Of a stretch of DNA of 64,000 bases, positions 45,380 through 56,983 are shown piece after piece (position 1 is the stretch's first letter; every line of letters begins with the position of its first letter). The position numbers were made by a program, and so were the translations under genes. Below the pieces are notes generated by a model. The model was not told the DNA's origin. It ran no database searches and saw nothing but the letters and a program-made list of their open reading frames with translations. The stretch comes from a virus, in IMG/VR virus record IMGVR_UViG_3300036651_001908, positions 59,756 to 123,755 of that record, one strand, 5' to 3'.

Positions 45380-45664
45380 CTACCGGCGTGGCTTGAGGTC
45401 TAGACCCATGCCATGCCGTCGCAACTCCTTAGCAAGCACGGTGCGGATGGTGGACTCGTGCAGCCCGAGCAGCAGGCCTGCCTCCACTGGGGTGACCACG
45501 CCTCGCGCATCGAGGATGGCCTTGTTCCGCTCCTTGATCAGATCGGCGTGGATGTCACTCAGCGCGACGACCTCTTGACGCGCGTGCTCTAGAGACTCCT
45601 CCACAGCGGTGATGCGTCCCGCCAACTGCTCGAAGTGCTTCTTGTGCTGGCTGCTCGTCTTCAT
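45380..45664 (-). CDS. coiled-coil plus HTH DNA-binding protein
   Basis: TPVEAGLLLGLHESTIRTVL; GGAG RBS. Confidence 0.7.
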   Translation of the reverse strand: MKTSSQHKKHFEQLAGRITAVEESLEHARQEVVALSDIHADLIKERNKAILDARGVVTPVEAGLLLGLHESTIRTVLAKELRRHGMGLDLKPRR

Positions 45665-45712
45665 GGTGGTGTCTCCAGAAAAATCTTGTTGGGTGCTAGA
45701 CGACGGCGATCT

Positions 45713-46621
45713 TCATACAAACTTGTTGCGGTAGTAGGTCACCGTGTGGCCGATGCCCGTGCGCAGCGGCATGAACTTGTAGCCCTCGGGGTAGAGGATG
45801 TCCTGCGTCCCACGGTCGGCCACGACAGGGCGGCTGGCGCTCTCGCCGGGCCGCATGGGCAGGTGCTCGATGCGAGCGCCGGGCACGAGCCGGGCGACCT
45901 CCTGGGCCACGTCCAGCACGGTGGTGTGCAGGCCGGTGCCCGCTTCGATCGTCGGCTGTGCTCCGCGCAGCATGGTGAGCGTTAGAGCGTCCACCAGGAA
46001 GCGCGCCACGTCCACGACGTAGACCATGTCCATGACCTGGAGACCGTCGCCGTAGACCTCGATAGGAGCCCCGTGGAGGGCACGGGCGACGAAGGACGGC
46101 ACAATCTTCCGAACCTTGCTCGTTCCGAACGGAGCGGCCACGCTCTGGCCCGGTCCGTAGGCATTCAGCGCCCGAACGTTGGTCACCTTGGAGCCCCGGT
46201 ACTGCGCGAACATCGTCGCCAGGCGCTCGACCGAGTTCTTCGAGATGGAGTACGGATTCTGCTCCCAGTAGTTCCCGACGGCGATGTTCACGCCGGGGAT
46301 GCCGTACTGATTGGAGGCCTCTAGAACGTTCAGGCCACCGGTGATGTTCGTCATGATGGCGGGCGTGGGGTTCGCGATCGTCTCCGCCGTCCCCAGCACA
46401 CCGGCGAGATGGATGAAGCCGTCCACATGGGCCATGGCCTCGGTCACGGCGACGCTGTCGCGGATGTCCCCAAGGTAGGTGGTGACAGGCCGCTTGGAGG
46501 CTTCCTCTCGCGTGTGCTGAGCGTGATCGAACAGGATCACCTCGAAGCCCTGGTCGAGAAGTTCTTCGGTGACGTGCGAACCGATGAAGCCAGCGCCACC
46601 GGTGACAAGAATGGAAGTCAT
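45713..46621 (-). CDS. NAD-dependent nucleotide-sugar epimerase/dehydratase
   Basis: VTGGAGFIGSH, HLAG, YSISK, NAYGPGQ. Confidence 0.92.
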   Translation of the reverse strand: MTSILVTGGAGFIGSHVTEELLDQGFEVILFDHAQHTREEASKRPVTTYLGDIRDSVAVTEAMAHVDGFIHLAGVLGTAETIANPTPAIMTNITGGLNVLEASNQYGIPGVNIAVGNYWEQNPYSISKNSVERLATMFAQYRGSKVTNVRALNAYGPGQSVAAPFGTSKVRKIVPSFVARALHGAPIEVYGDGLQVMDMVYVVDVARFLVDALTLTMLRGAQPTIEAGTGLHTTVLDVAQEVARLVPGARIEHLPMRPGESASRPVVADRGTQDILYPEGYKFMPLRTGIGHTVTYYRNKFV

Positions 46622-46827
46622 GCCGTCGATGATGTCATAGATTGGGCGTCGGCGTTGGCTAGAGCCGTCAACTCCGCGTACAACTCCTTGATCAGGCGAT
46701 CGTCCTTGTCGATGGTGCGCCGTAGAGCGGCGACCACCTCCAGTTCGTCCACGAGGAAAAGAAGATTCTTCTTCTTCCGGTCCTCGGCGTCCTTGATCAT
46801 CGGCAGGATCAGGTCTGGGTCAGTCAT
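46618..46827 (-). CDS. hypothetical protein
   Basis: GAGG RBS; ATGA overlap. Confidence 0.6.
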   Translation of the reverse strand: MTDPDLILPMIKDAEDRKKKNLLFLVDELEVVAALRRTIDKDDRLIKELYAELTALANADAQSMTSSTA

Positions 46828-46834
46828 CAGTACC

Positions 46835-47476
46835 TCACGAGATGTACGAGGCGAGAGGGAGGTCGATGTTGTCCCCCTGGATTTGGTAAGAGTGGACGTA
46901 GTCGCCATCGGATGTCCGGACGAAGCCCTGCTTTTCCGCCACCTTGCGCTTATTGATTTCCGCCCGCTCCTTCTCGATCCGTGCGCACTTAGGACAGGCC
47001 ACAGGGCCGTGGGAGAAGTAATTGGGTTCCGAACCTACTGCCCAGCGGTGACCTTCGCCCTCCAAAGCGGTAGGAGCATCGATGGTGCCGATGGCCCGCC
47101 ACTCCACATTTTTGATCAGCCCATGACCATGGCTGTCCTTCTTATCCACGACCTGGGACGTGGCGTAGTACGGATCACCTTCCCACTTCTGGAAAGAAGA
47201 ATTCAGTTCGTGGACGGAGATACCAGTATCCATCCACTGGCGGACCCAGATGGCGGCGACTTCCTCGCGGGCCTTGTGCTTGGTTGCCATCAGCACCTTC
47301 TGCGCTGCTTCGGCCTCGGCATAGATGGCCTGCCGCTTCTGCCGTGCTCGCTCGATCTTGCTCGGTCGCTTCCTCTTGTCCTTCTTTGGACGTATCACAT
47401 ATAAGCCAGTGAGGCAGAGAGCGATGGTGCCTCCGAAACTCATCAGGAGTTCAATCACATTGAGGACAGTAGGCAT
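46835..47476 (-). CDS. membrane-anchored hypothetical protein
   Basis: N-terminal TM helix, CPKC, lower-GC codons. Confidence 0.7.
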   Translation of the reverse strand: MPTVLNVIELLMSFGGTIALCLTGLYVIRPKKDKRKRPSKIERARQKRQAIYAEAEAAQKVLMATKHKAREEVAAIWVRQWMDTGISVHELNSSFQKWEGDPYYATSQVVDKKDSHGHGLIKNVEWRAIGTIDAPTALEGEGHRWAVGSEPNYFSHGPVACPKCARIEKERAEINKRKVAEKQGFVRTSDGDYVHSYQIQGDNIDLPLASYIS

Positions 47477-49432
47477 CAGTCCACCTCCGTCAGCGCCTGG
47501 ATGTACCGAGGGTTCCAGTACATCTTGTACGTCCCCGAGTTACTGTCTCCCGGGTTCTCATCCACATCCACCAGGTAGGACCCGTTCACATGAGCCACCA
47601 CCGTGCCGGTGTCAAAGTCACCCATTCCCCCGGAGAAGAGGACTCTGTCTCCAGCCTCGAAGGTAGGAATCCAAGGTGTCGGGGTCTGTGCCATGACCTT
47701 CTTGATCATCTCGACGGTCTCCTTGATGGAGTGAACGTCCCAGTCGAACTCCTCGTTCAGTGTGTTCCACCAGTCGAAGCGCTCGTTGCTCCCGCCGTCC
47801 CGGTAGCCCTCTTCGTACTCGTCCCGCTCGTCACTGCCCATCGTTCTGTCCTCGCAGTTCCTGAATCAAGTAGGCGTATCGCACACTGAGCGCAGCGAGA
47901 CGCCCTAGAGTGCAGAACAGCACGTCATACGTCTCGTCGTCGTCCATCTCGCGCATGATGGCACCGACGACCTCCCCCACGTGGGCACCCTCCGCCTTCA
48001 GTTCCCAGACGGGCACCTCAGCGTTGATCCCCAACCGCATGCGGAGCATGGCATCGACCAGTGGGGTGAGCAGTTCGTCCACCCGTGCATCGGCTCCGGA
48101 CAACTCCTCCTCAGCCGCTCGCAGTTCCGCCTCATCGTCAGCGTCGTAGGTCATGTCTCGGTCCAATCATCGGGGCGCATGGAGTATAGAAGAATCTCGC
48201 CTGGACTGGCAAACACCATGGTCTTGTTGCGGTACTTGTAGGTGCCCGGCGTGGAGACGACGGCGTAGCAGCGGCCATCTCGCCACTCCATCGGCAGCGT
48301 CTCCACGTCGGTCACCTTCTTCACGGCATGCTTCTCATCGCATGGATCATCTCGCGGCGCCTGGGCGCGGTTGCGTTGCTCCAACGGGTGAGCCAGTCGG
48401 TCAGGCCCTTGTGCTGGAACGCGTGGAGTACCTCTAGAAGTAGAGAGTCGGTGAGTTCCGGCATCACTCGTCCGGCCAAATCTTCATGGCTCGGCGCATG
48501 ACCTCTGGGCTAATCTCCAGCGGCAGTAGTGGTGGAGGGGCAGGCACCATGCACTGGCGCAATCGGTCCATCAGCGCCTCGCGCTTGAGCACCCCCTGGT
48601 CGTACAAATCTAGAAATCGGTGGGCAAGCCCAGAATCAAAAATCATGTTCCACTCCTATCCAGTGGGCATCGCCACGCGTAGTCGTCGTCGGTGTTGGTC
48701 CGATACCCACAGATACACTCGACCGCCCAGCCACCGAGGATTCCCCGATGGTCGGACCACCGGATGTAGTGCGCGATGGGCGGCTCGGAGTGGGCGAACT
48801 GGTCATGTCGCGCCTGCGCTCGCTGTGCACTGCCGATGTTTCTCTCCTCCGTGATGTACAGCCCATCGCAGTCGGGGCAGCGGACCTCGTAGAGCCTGAC
48901 GGTCTTCGTCTTCTCTTGAATCTCGGCGGTCACTCGTCCCCCAGCGTGAAGTGGCCGTCGTACTCGTCGGCCGTGTGGTCCTGGTCAATCTCGCACCGGC
49001 AGAGGTGCGGGCGCGTGTTGTCCTCGTGGTCGCAGCGGTGGAGGAATTCACCGTCGATGTCCATGTCGTGCAACTCGCCTAGAACCTCGCCTATAGACCA
49101 GGAGTAGCCGGTCCCTGCTGCCAGCGTGACCGCCAGCAGCAGGGTCTTGTCGTCCAGTTCGTCAGTGGCCATCAGACGTACGTGCCTTCCGGATCCTTGA
49201 TCCAGACCTCGGCGTCGTTCGGCACGGTCACGGAGGCCTCACCGAAGGCGAGGACGCAGTACCCGTTCTGTCCATCGAAGAGGGCCGTGATGGGTTTGGA
49301 CGGGATGCCGGGGTCGAATGACATGGTGCGGCTGGTCACGAGCGAGACGGGCATGCCCACCTGAACTTCGTCAGCCTGGAGGACGGTGATGCGGTCGTTG
49401 ATTCGGCGGTGCGCCGCGGTGGTGTTGGTCAT
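47476..49432 (-). CDS. run of small hypothetical genes (47476-47841, 47831-48154, 48151-48324, 48321-48464, 48464-48646, 48643-48933, 48930-49172, 49172-49432)
   Basis: Successive ATGA/TGATG overlaps; first gene leaderless (TACTAT-N6-ATG); 48643-48933 has CxxC motifs. Confidence 0.65.
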
Positions 49433-49436
49433 GGTT

Positions 49437-50265
49437 CTATAGTACATCCGTCGAAGACGGACCGTCAAGCACCAGGTGCACCACGTAGAGCGCTTCGTCC
49501 ATCCGCTTTAGAAACCCCTCATCGTGGATGGGGTAGGCGGCGTCCAGCCAGTGCAGGATGCGGGCGCAGGCGGCAGCCCGCTCTTCGTCCTTCACTCGGG
49601 ATCCACCATCTTGCGGTTCACCATGCGCTTCGGCGGCTGAGGGACCTGGTCGGCCGGGGTGACCTTCGCGGGCTCGGCACCCTTGGCCTCCTGCTGGCCG
49701 GTGCCTGGGGCGTAGGTCTTCGTCTCGGAGGTCCAGACAAACGGGTGCTCTTTGTCCCACTCGGCGGGCTCGTCGTCGTGGTGGCAATCGTCGTGCCTGC
49801 GCGCCCAGGCAGCGGCCCAGAAGATGGCGGCGATGGCGAACGCGATACCGATGGCAGCGACTGCATCAGGCCAGTTCATGGTTCTCTTCTCCTTGTAAAT
49901 CTTGTTCTCATGGATCTTTCCGAACCGTCGCTCCAGGGTCTCGCGCATCTCTTGGAGTTGTTCGCGTTCTCGATCGCTCGTGGGCTCCCTCAATGCAGCC
50001 ACTCTCCTTCGTCTATCCACCGCTGGAGGGTGGAGACATCATCTTCTAGAACCACCGGCGTCTCTGCCGTGATGGGCGTGCGGATCGGAGGCGGGTCGGG
50101 TGCGATGAACTCGGGCATGCAGGCTAGTAGCCAGTCCTCATGCCGGAGAAGCACTCGCTTGAGCGCGATGAGGAACGCGTCGGTGGGTTCCTTGTTCGGG
50201 ACGCCCCAGAGTGTGCTCAACAGTTCCCGGGCGTAGTCGCGAACGCGGTCATCATGCTTCGCCAT
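49437..50265 (-). CDS. small hypothetical genes (49437-49595, 49592-49993 membrane, 49990-50265)
   Basis: Overlapping start/stop codons, RBSs. Confidence 0.6.
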
Positions 50266-50572
50266 GTAGAGAGTCCCTGATCCTTTTGACGCGACGGTGG
50301 TTCACACCGAACTCGACCATCAGTTGATAGCCGGTGTACCCCTCACGCAGCAGGTCGAGGATGGCCCCGTCAGTGATGTACCCGTTGTTTGGATTCGGCA
50401 TGCCGCGCTTCCGGAAGCCGTGCACGGTGCGGTAGGAGACACCGGTCTCCTCAGCGATGATCCCAGTTTCGGCGCCAGCCTTGATCATCTGATCGATCTT
50501 CTGGTAAACCCGCTCCGCGAACTCAGGGTCACGCTGCCAGTTCTTCGGCAGGGTGCTCGGTTGGTGCCTCAT
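50252..50572 (-). CDS. tandem HTH DNA-binding protein
   Basis: IIAEETGVSYRTV and QLMVEFGVNHRRV. Confidence 0.7.
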   Translation of the reverse strand: MRHQPSTLPKNWQRDPEFAERVYQKIDQMIKAGAETGIIAEETGVSYRTVHGFRKRGMPNPNNGYITDGAILDLLREGYTGYQLMVEFGVNHRRVKRIRDSLHGEA

Positions 50573-50892
50573 CACATCCATCCCTCGTAGGGGTTGTCGT
50601 CGCTCACGTGCACCCACTCGGGGGCGTAGCGCTTCGCCGTGCCCAGCAGCCAGTCTCGACCCACTGGATTTGCAGTATGCACGCGAATCTCGTTCGGCCA
50701 CTTCTCGTTCTCGATCATCCAGGTGAGTACCGGCCGCGACGTGTCGTCAGTCGAGGTGCCACCGAGGTCGTGGTCGAACGAGACCACTTCGAAATCATGT
50801 CTGCTCAGCAGGGTGATGGCTTGTGCAGCGGACTGTGCCAGGTGGGTGAACTCGGCAGGCAGCACACGCTCGTCATCGATGTACAGACGCAT
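50572..50892 (-). CDS. cyclic-phosphate-processing receiver (cREC-like) domain protein
   Basis: LYIDDER, SFDHDLG, HTANPVG. Confidence 0.8.
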   Translation of the reverse strand: MRLYIDDERVLPAEFTHLAQSAAQAITLLSRHDFEVVSFDHDLGGTSTDDTSRPVLTWMIENEKWPNEIRVHTANPVGRDWLLGTAKRYAPEWVHVSDDNPYEGWM

Positions 50893-50996
50893 CAGTCCCT
50901 CTTGTCCTGCCAGAGCCGACAGTCCTTGCACACCGAGCCACCACCAACGCGGTTCTGCCAACGGTGCCCGAACAGGGCACAGATGATCTTCTTCAT
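50892..50996 (-). CDS. 34-aa Cys/His peptide (DUF1660-like)
   Basis: ICALFGHRW...CKDC; TGATG overlaps on both sides. Confidence 0.6.
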   Translation of the reverse strand: MKKIICALFGHRWQNRVGGGSVCKDCRLWQDKRD

Positions 50997-51133
50997 CAGT
51001 CCACCTCGAAAACAGTGGGCCGCTTCAGCAATTCGCGCAGGCGTGGCAGATCCTTCGGCGGTTCGTCCAGCATCTTCTCGACCTGTGCGAATTGCTCCGG
51101 CGTCAGCACATATCTTGTTTCGTTCTCATCCAT
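50996..51133 (-). CDS. 45-aa protein resembling the C-terminal half of DUF1778/TacA antitoxins
   Basis: LTPEQFAQVEKMLDEPPKDLPRLRELLKRP; GGAG RBS. Confidence 0.6.
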   Translation of the reverse strand: MDENETRYVLTPEQFAQVEKMLDEPPKDLPRLRELLKRPTVFEVD

Positions 51134-52188
51134 TGTATTTCTCCCATGTCTCTCCGTCGTCGTGTGACACTTCCACGTCCCCATAGTCGGGGAAGCCGTC
51201 GTAGTCACTGTCGTGACCCCAGTCTGCAATGTCATCCAGGGCGGGATCGATGTTGTCGTCATCTTCCAGCCACTCGAAGGGATTGCCCTCGGTTTGGTAC
51301 TCGATGTACCCCTCGTGCCGGATCTTGAAGTGCACCTTGCAGCGGTACTTCGGCTTCGGTGGCTGAGGGACCTTCTCTAAGTCCGCGAACTCAGCCAGTG
51401 GCAGTTCGCTATTCATAGTACCTATCCTTCGAATCCATGTAATTCTGGTATTCATCCCACGAGTGATGTTCACCTATCTCGCAGTGACACAAATGATCCT
51501 GGTGGAAATGGGTGCAGAGGTGTGATTCGTAGTTATGTTGTGCCATTGTTCGCTATCTTCTTCAGTGCCCGCCACTGGTCCTGCTCACCGGGGTTGATCG
51601 ATGCGTCCAGCATCAGCAGGTTGTGGTACAGCGACCGGTAGTAGTTCCGGTCCTCCTGGGTCAGTTTCGCATCGTGGCTCGCCTCCAGGCAGAACCGACG
51701 GCCGAACTCGGCAGCCCAGCAGAGCAGGTGCGCCTCATCGGTGGACAGTTCGGTCTTGAACATCAGCCCTTCTTCCCAAGGGCGATCCGCTCGGCCATCC
51801 GGGCGACGAGACTCTTCGACACAGCAACGCGGAACTCCTCCTCCGCAATCTTCTCGGGAGTCATGATTTCGAGGTAGGCGTCCAGGGCCTCGCCCCAGGG
51901 CAGGCCTCGATCCTGGACATCCTGAGCCTCCACGGCAGCGGTGCACAGGTCGGCGTCCACGATGCCGTAGTGCCGCAGCACCACGCCAGCGTCCCTCTCC
52001 TCATCGGCCTCGGTGGTTTGGATGCCCAGGATGTCCAGTGCGTGGCCGATGAGGCAGGAGGGTTCGCCGTCACGCCGGTACTCACAGCCGGAGCCAGCGG
52101 ACATGGGGTCGAGGGGGTAGTGGTAGTCCTCCCCCTTCGTTAGAACGGCCAGTTTCATGGCGTCTGTGAACGCCTCACGAGTGATCAT
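51126..52188 (-). CDS. three hypothetical genes (51126-51416, 51533-51763, 51763-52188)
   Basis: 52188 is leaderless (TATGAT-N6-ATG); gene packing. Confidence 0.65.
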
Positions 52189-52194
52189 CCCCGT

Positions 52195-52266
52195 ATCATA
52201 GAGCACTGGGTACGGTCTTGGCAACCGGAAAATCCACTGGACACTGGCAGGAAACAGGTGTACTAT
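52195..52266. promoter_or_regulatory. divergent leaderless promoters
   Basis: Minus: TTGCCA-18-TATGAT-N6-ATG. Plus: TGGACA-17-TACTAT-N6-ATG. Confidence 0.7.
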
Positions 52267-52272
52267 ACCGGC

Positions 52273-53768
52273 ATGGCGCACACTGTCGAACTCCTCGGTG
52301 GCCCCTTTGACGGGTCCATCGTTGTCGTGCAGGAAACCTCGACGCAGTACATGGTGGTCGCGAACAACACCGACTTGAACTCGATCCGTGTGCACGAGAA
52401 GGCTCTACCGGATTTGCAGGTGGGGTTTTACGAGCCACCGAATCCTCTACCCAAGGTCCCACCGGAGCGAGAGCGCTGGTACTGGATCGGCTACCGAAAG
52501 CAGGAAGACAATGAGTGAGTCACCTACCCGTCCACCGTTGACGCGGAACCAAAAACTTGTTCTCGGGGGCCTGCTCATCGCCGTGGTGGCTCTGGTCATC
52601 GTCATGGTCGGTGCCGCCGCAGCCGCTTCCGGTCCCACCCCGCAGACGGGCACGCCCGGCGCTCAGATGGTCGCTGCCAACCACGCGGCCGAGGTGAAGC
52701 AACTCGAAGGCTCCATCAAGAAGAACGTCGAAACGGCCATCCCGGGCACGACCATTCTCGATGTGACCTGCATCCCGGATGGCACCGGGAACGAGCACAG
52801 CACGTCGTACGCCTGCCTCGCTGCCACCACGAAGAACTCGGACGGCAGTGAGTCCGGCTACAACTTCACCGGCGTCATCAACTGGGACACCGGCCAGTAC
52901 GTCTGGAGGCTCGCTCGATGATCGATGACCAAGAAGAACTCACTCGACGCTTCATGACCGAACCTCGCTTCCACGCCATTGTGAAAGCGCTTCAGAACGC
53001 AGCGTTCTACGGGGGTCGCTACCCCGTTCTAGAGGCAATGCGCGTAGCCGCACGACTCGATGGGATGTTCAATGACCACGCATGACTATCGCGGTCCGTA
53101 CGACGAAGCGCACTGCCTCACGATCAAGCGGGTGGAGGGCCCCGCCATCAGCGGAGTGCTCTTCACCGGTGACCCGATCACCAAGGGTGACTTTCTAGTT
53201 GTGAAGGACTGGACCGACGAGACGCAGGGACGCGTCTACGTGATCACGGAACTCTATTCGTTCCTTCTACCGGAGAACATGTACCAATACCGGGCCACCG
53301 CAGCCTCGAATGGGGCGTAGTGATGCGGGAACTCGCAATTCTCGACCCGTGGGGCTCGATCGTCAATGTCGTGACGACATCGAAGCCTCGCGCTGAAGTG
53401 CAGAAGGAATGGCCATCGCACCGCGTGCTGCCCCTGGCCGACGTTCCGGCGCATGCCAAGCACGCCTACGAATACTGGGGGAACCGGCCATGACGCGGGA
53501 GCGTGAAGCGCGGATTCGAGCGCTCCGAATCGAACTCGCTGAACTCGAACGCCAGGAGCAGTGGGAACGCCAGATCCGGCTTGCCGGGTTCACTCCCCAG
53601 GACGGTGGGTTCTTCGTGTGGAGAAACGTCGAGTGAAAATCTTGTTCACGGCTCTCGGGCTCGTGCTCCTGACCATCTCGTGGGAGAACTCGCAGTACCG
53701 ACTATCTCTAGTCGTGAACCGACTAGGGAAGTGGTTCTGGACTCACGGAATGATCCGAATAGGCTGAC
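52273..53768 (+). CDS. plus-strand island of small genes (52273-52518, 52511-52921 membrane/secreted, 52918-53085, 53072-53320, 53323-53493, 53490-53636, 53633-53768)
   Basis: Overlapping start/stop codons; TM helix in 52511-52921. Confidence 0.65.
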
Positions 53769-55568
53769 TACTTCTTCTTCTTGATCTTCGCCTTCTGCAC
53801 GGACTTGTGAATCATCATCCGGGAGGCGTGAACTCCGATTAGAACGCCACCAACCCCGGAGCGGCAGGGCATTCCGGAGCCCGCGCCACAGGTAGGGCAG
53901 GACTCTTCCTGCGCCTCTTGCGCGGAGGACTCGGTGGACTCGTCAGCATCAGTCATGAGGGGATTCTACTTCCTTCTCGGGTGCGGCAGCCGTCTGCTTC
54001 TTCACCCACCATCGGCAGTAGTAGCCCAGCCCGCCGCAGAGGGCGGCGAGGATCGCCAGCACGGGGATCATCAGATGTCCATTGCTCGGCCGGTGCGAAC
54101 TCCTTCGCACAGCCACAGCGGCGTGCTGTCGCCCGCCAGTTCCTCGGCGTAGGGATCAGGACCCCAGTGCCCGATTCCATCGCAGTTCACGCCGTACGAC
54201 CGCTCCGGGCACTGCCCCACCGGGTGCATGCGCACGAGCATGTTGTACGCCGGGTGTTCCTTGTCGGGCACCGGCAAATCTTCTTGACGCACACGTGAGG
54301 TCTGTGGCTTCGGGCTGTCACTGTCGAACTGCCCAGCCATGTTGGTGTGCCAGGTCTTGTTGTTCTTCGCCATCAGAGCCCTTTCCACGGGGTGTGCTGT
54401 TCCTTGATCCACTTCTCGAAGGCGGCCACGTCGGTGGTCACCAAGCCGGTCTGGGTGTCCACGAACAGGGTCAGGGTGACCATGGAGGCTCCGACGCCCC
54501 ATCCCCGTGACTCGGGTTGCTTCTCGGCGTGCACGGTGTACTCCTCGTACATCCGGTCCGTCGTGAAAGTCTCAACGCCGGACTTGCCCCAGTCGGTGTA
54601 CTCGATTTGGTGTGCCATCAGTTGTCCTCTCGTCGGTATCAAGCCAGGCGTCCACAATCTCCTCGTGGTCGTCGGGGTGGTCGTGTGAAAGCCTGCTCAT
54701 GAAATCTTCTTCTCTCTCAGGTTTGCGTCGCAGATACGTCGGTCGGTGTGCAGGAGCCTCATGTCCGGGTCCCACTCGGCGGCAGCGGTCTTGACCGAGC
54801 CGACACCCTCCCCGCCACAGCGGTCGCATGTGACGGGGAACGCCCAGATGTTCATGATCGCGGCTCCAGTCGGTCTTGCACAGCCAGCAGAGCCCAGGAG
54901 GACAACTGCAATGCGCGGTAGTCGCGCTTCCAGATCAGGTACTTCTCGATGAACTCGTTCATGAAATCTTCTTCCTCTCGATGATGCCTTCGGCCGCTTC
55001 CACGGCATCGCGCCGCAGGCGGAAGTGGGTGCTGACCTGGCCGTAGCCGTCGATGAACAGCCGCCAGTAGTGGACGGTCAGCGGGCGCGGGGCTATGTTG
55101 TAGTACTGCTCGACGCGCAGGACGGTGCCGACAATGCCTCCGTCCACGAACAGGTCAGCGCGCCCGGGTCCGTTCGACTCGACCTTGATCTTCGTCATTC
55201 CCCTACCTCTTCCTCGAACTCGACCAGCAGGCGGAACACCAGTTCGGCATCCTCGGTGGTGAGGTGGATGCGGATGACGCCGTTCAGCAAGCCGTCCAGG
55301 TCGATGCCGTCGATGTCCATCCTCGGGTCGTCCGTGTCCGCCGCGAGGGTGGTGCGGATCAGCGCCCGGCCCACCTCGGCGGCTACAGCAGGAACCATGT
55401 CCTCATGCATCATGACTTGTCTCCTTCGATGTAGTGCGCGCCGTCTTCCAGCATCGCGTCGTAGCGGATCTTCGGAATCCGGATCCACTGGGACTGATCG
55501 AACAGGCGACCGTAGTACTGCCTGCGGGTGCGGTTCCGGTTCCACTTCCAGGTGATGTCGAATGTCAT
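53768..55568 (-). CDS. run of small hypothetical genes, several Cys-rich (e.g. 53768-53956, 54071-54373, 54373-54618, 54697-54855, 54959-55198, 55195-55413)
   Basis: ATGA overlaps; CxxC motifs. Confidence 0.6.
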
Positions 55569-56080
55569 GCGAACGCCTCCGCGCAGGTCGGTCCAAGGCC
55601 CATGGCCCGGGAGTGGTCGTCGGTCAGCGGGCTGAGGCAGCGAGCGCAGACGCTGAACTCGTCAGCGAAAAGAAATGCTGCGGCCTTGGGGTCCTCAGCG
55701 ATCTTCTGCAAAACAATGGCCTTCGCCGCACCCTTGACGGGGTACTGCACGAACGAGCCGGGGTGGCCCACGAGCCGGGTCACGAACGTGAACCCTGCCC
55801 ACTTGCCCTTGCTCGGCGTCTTGACCTCGAAGAACGTGACGGCGTTGCTCGCGCCAGCCAGGTCGCGCAGCGCGTACTTGCTGTCCGGCACGGTGACCTT
55901 CGCGGTCGCCATCGGCTTGCTCGGCAGAGCAGCAGAGGCCTGGAGGGTGGCGCTTGCGACGAAGATGGCCTGGTGCGTGCTTTGGCTGCACGCCTTGACC
56001 TCAGACAACGTGGCGTGCACGTTGTGGCAGTGTCCGCAGTGGATACCGTGCGGGGCGGTGGTGGTGGTGTTTGTGTTCAT
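55565..56080 (-). CDS. DUF6011-like zinc-finger protein (leaderless)
   Basis: CARCLSPLTDDHSRAMGLGPTC; TTGCAT-17-TACGCT-N6-ATG. Confidence 0.8.
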   Translation of the reverse strand: MNTNTTTTAPHGIHCGHCHNVHATLSEVKACSQSTHQAIFVASATLQASAALPSKPMATAKVTVPDSKYALRDLAGASNAVTFFEVKTPSKGKWAGFTFVTRLVGHPGSFVQYPVKGAAKAIVLQKIAEDPKAAAFLFADEFSVCARCLSPLTDDHSRAMGLGPTCAEAFA

Positions 56081-56294
56081 ACTGACAGCGTACTCCTCTC
56101 TACAACACAATGCAAGAGGGCCAGGGAAGTTTTTTCTCCCCCGGCCCTCGCTGGTGGTGGCTAGTCTTGTCGGTCGGTCTCGTGCTTGTAGCAGTCCCAG
56201 AGCAGCCATCCCACGCCCGGCACTGCGAGTGCCATGGTGAAGATGCCAGCGATCAGGTCCGCGTTCATGATTTCGTGCATTGGTATCACCTCCC

Positions 56295-56615
56295 TCAACT
56301 GAACAGGTGGGTCAGGGCTCGTGCCACAGCCGGGTCGTGCTTTTTGCAGTACCACACCACGAGGGTGAAGACCAGCAACTCGTCAAGCATGCCCACGACG
56401 GGGATCACATCAGGGATGAAGTCCAGCGGGCTCAGCGTGAAGGCGATGAACAGCAGGACGGCGATGCGGACCCGCAGTTTGCTCACCTTGGTCACGCGCC
56501 AGAGGACTCGCAGTCGGGCACGGAACCGAAGTAGTCGCGTGTACAGCCGGTCGGCCAGCCGCTCTAGCGGGCTCGGGAAGATTTCGCGGGCGAGGGTCGG
56601 GGTGTAGATGGTCAT
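56295..56615 (-). CDS. YkvA/DUF1232-family membrane protein
   Basis: LSPLDFIPDVIPVVGMLDE; GAGGAG RBS. Confidence 0.85.
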   Translation of the reverse strand: MTIYTPTLAREIFPSPLERLADRLYTRLLRFRARLRVLWRVTKVSKLRVRIAVLLFIAFTLSPLDFIPDVIPVVGMLDELLVFTLVVWYCKKHDPAVARALTHLFS

Positions 56616-56781
56616 TTCTGCTCCTCAAAGAAAGCGGCCTTGCAGCCGGGGTGAAGAACGAGAACGTCTCCGCTGAAGTCGTCAGGCTCCAGGAAGAGCA
56701 TGTGGCCGATGACGGGCTTGTAGCACTGGTCGCAGTCCCAGTCACCGTTGCCGGTGGTCTCTTTCATGGTCGGCCTAGGCA

Positions 56782-56934
56782 TCAGTTGCTCCTCAGGATG
56801 TGGGTGGTGAGGACGATGCGGTATCCGTCGCGGTCCGCGATGAGGGTCTGGCCCTCGCCTGCGGTCATCAGGACCCGAACCGGCTCGCCGTCGATCGTGG
56901 CGTTGGGGGTGGTGGTTGCTGGTGTGATGCTCAT
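56782..56934 (-). CDS. hypothetical protein (leaderless)
   Basis: TACTAT-N6-ATG. Confidence 0.6.
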   Translation of the reverse strand: MSITPATTTPNATIDGEPVRVLMTAGEGQTLIADRDGYRIVLTTHILRSN

Positions 56935-56983
56935 AGTCATATAGTACACGCCCTGCCTCGGCGGCACAAGGGTTTACATGAAG

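Noticed and set aside
51425-51440. TTCGAATCC as a tRNA T-loop
   Set aside because: No pairing T-stem or cloverleaf around it; no tRNA recognised anywhere in the window.
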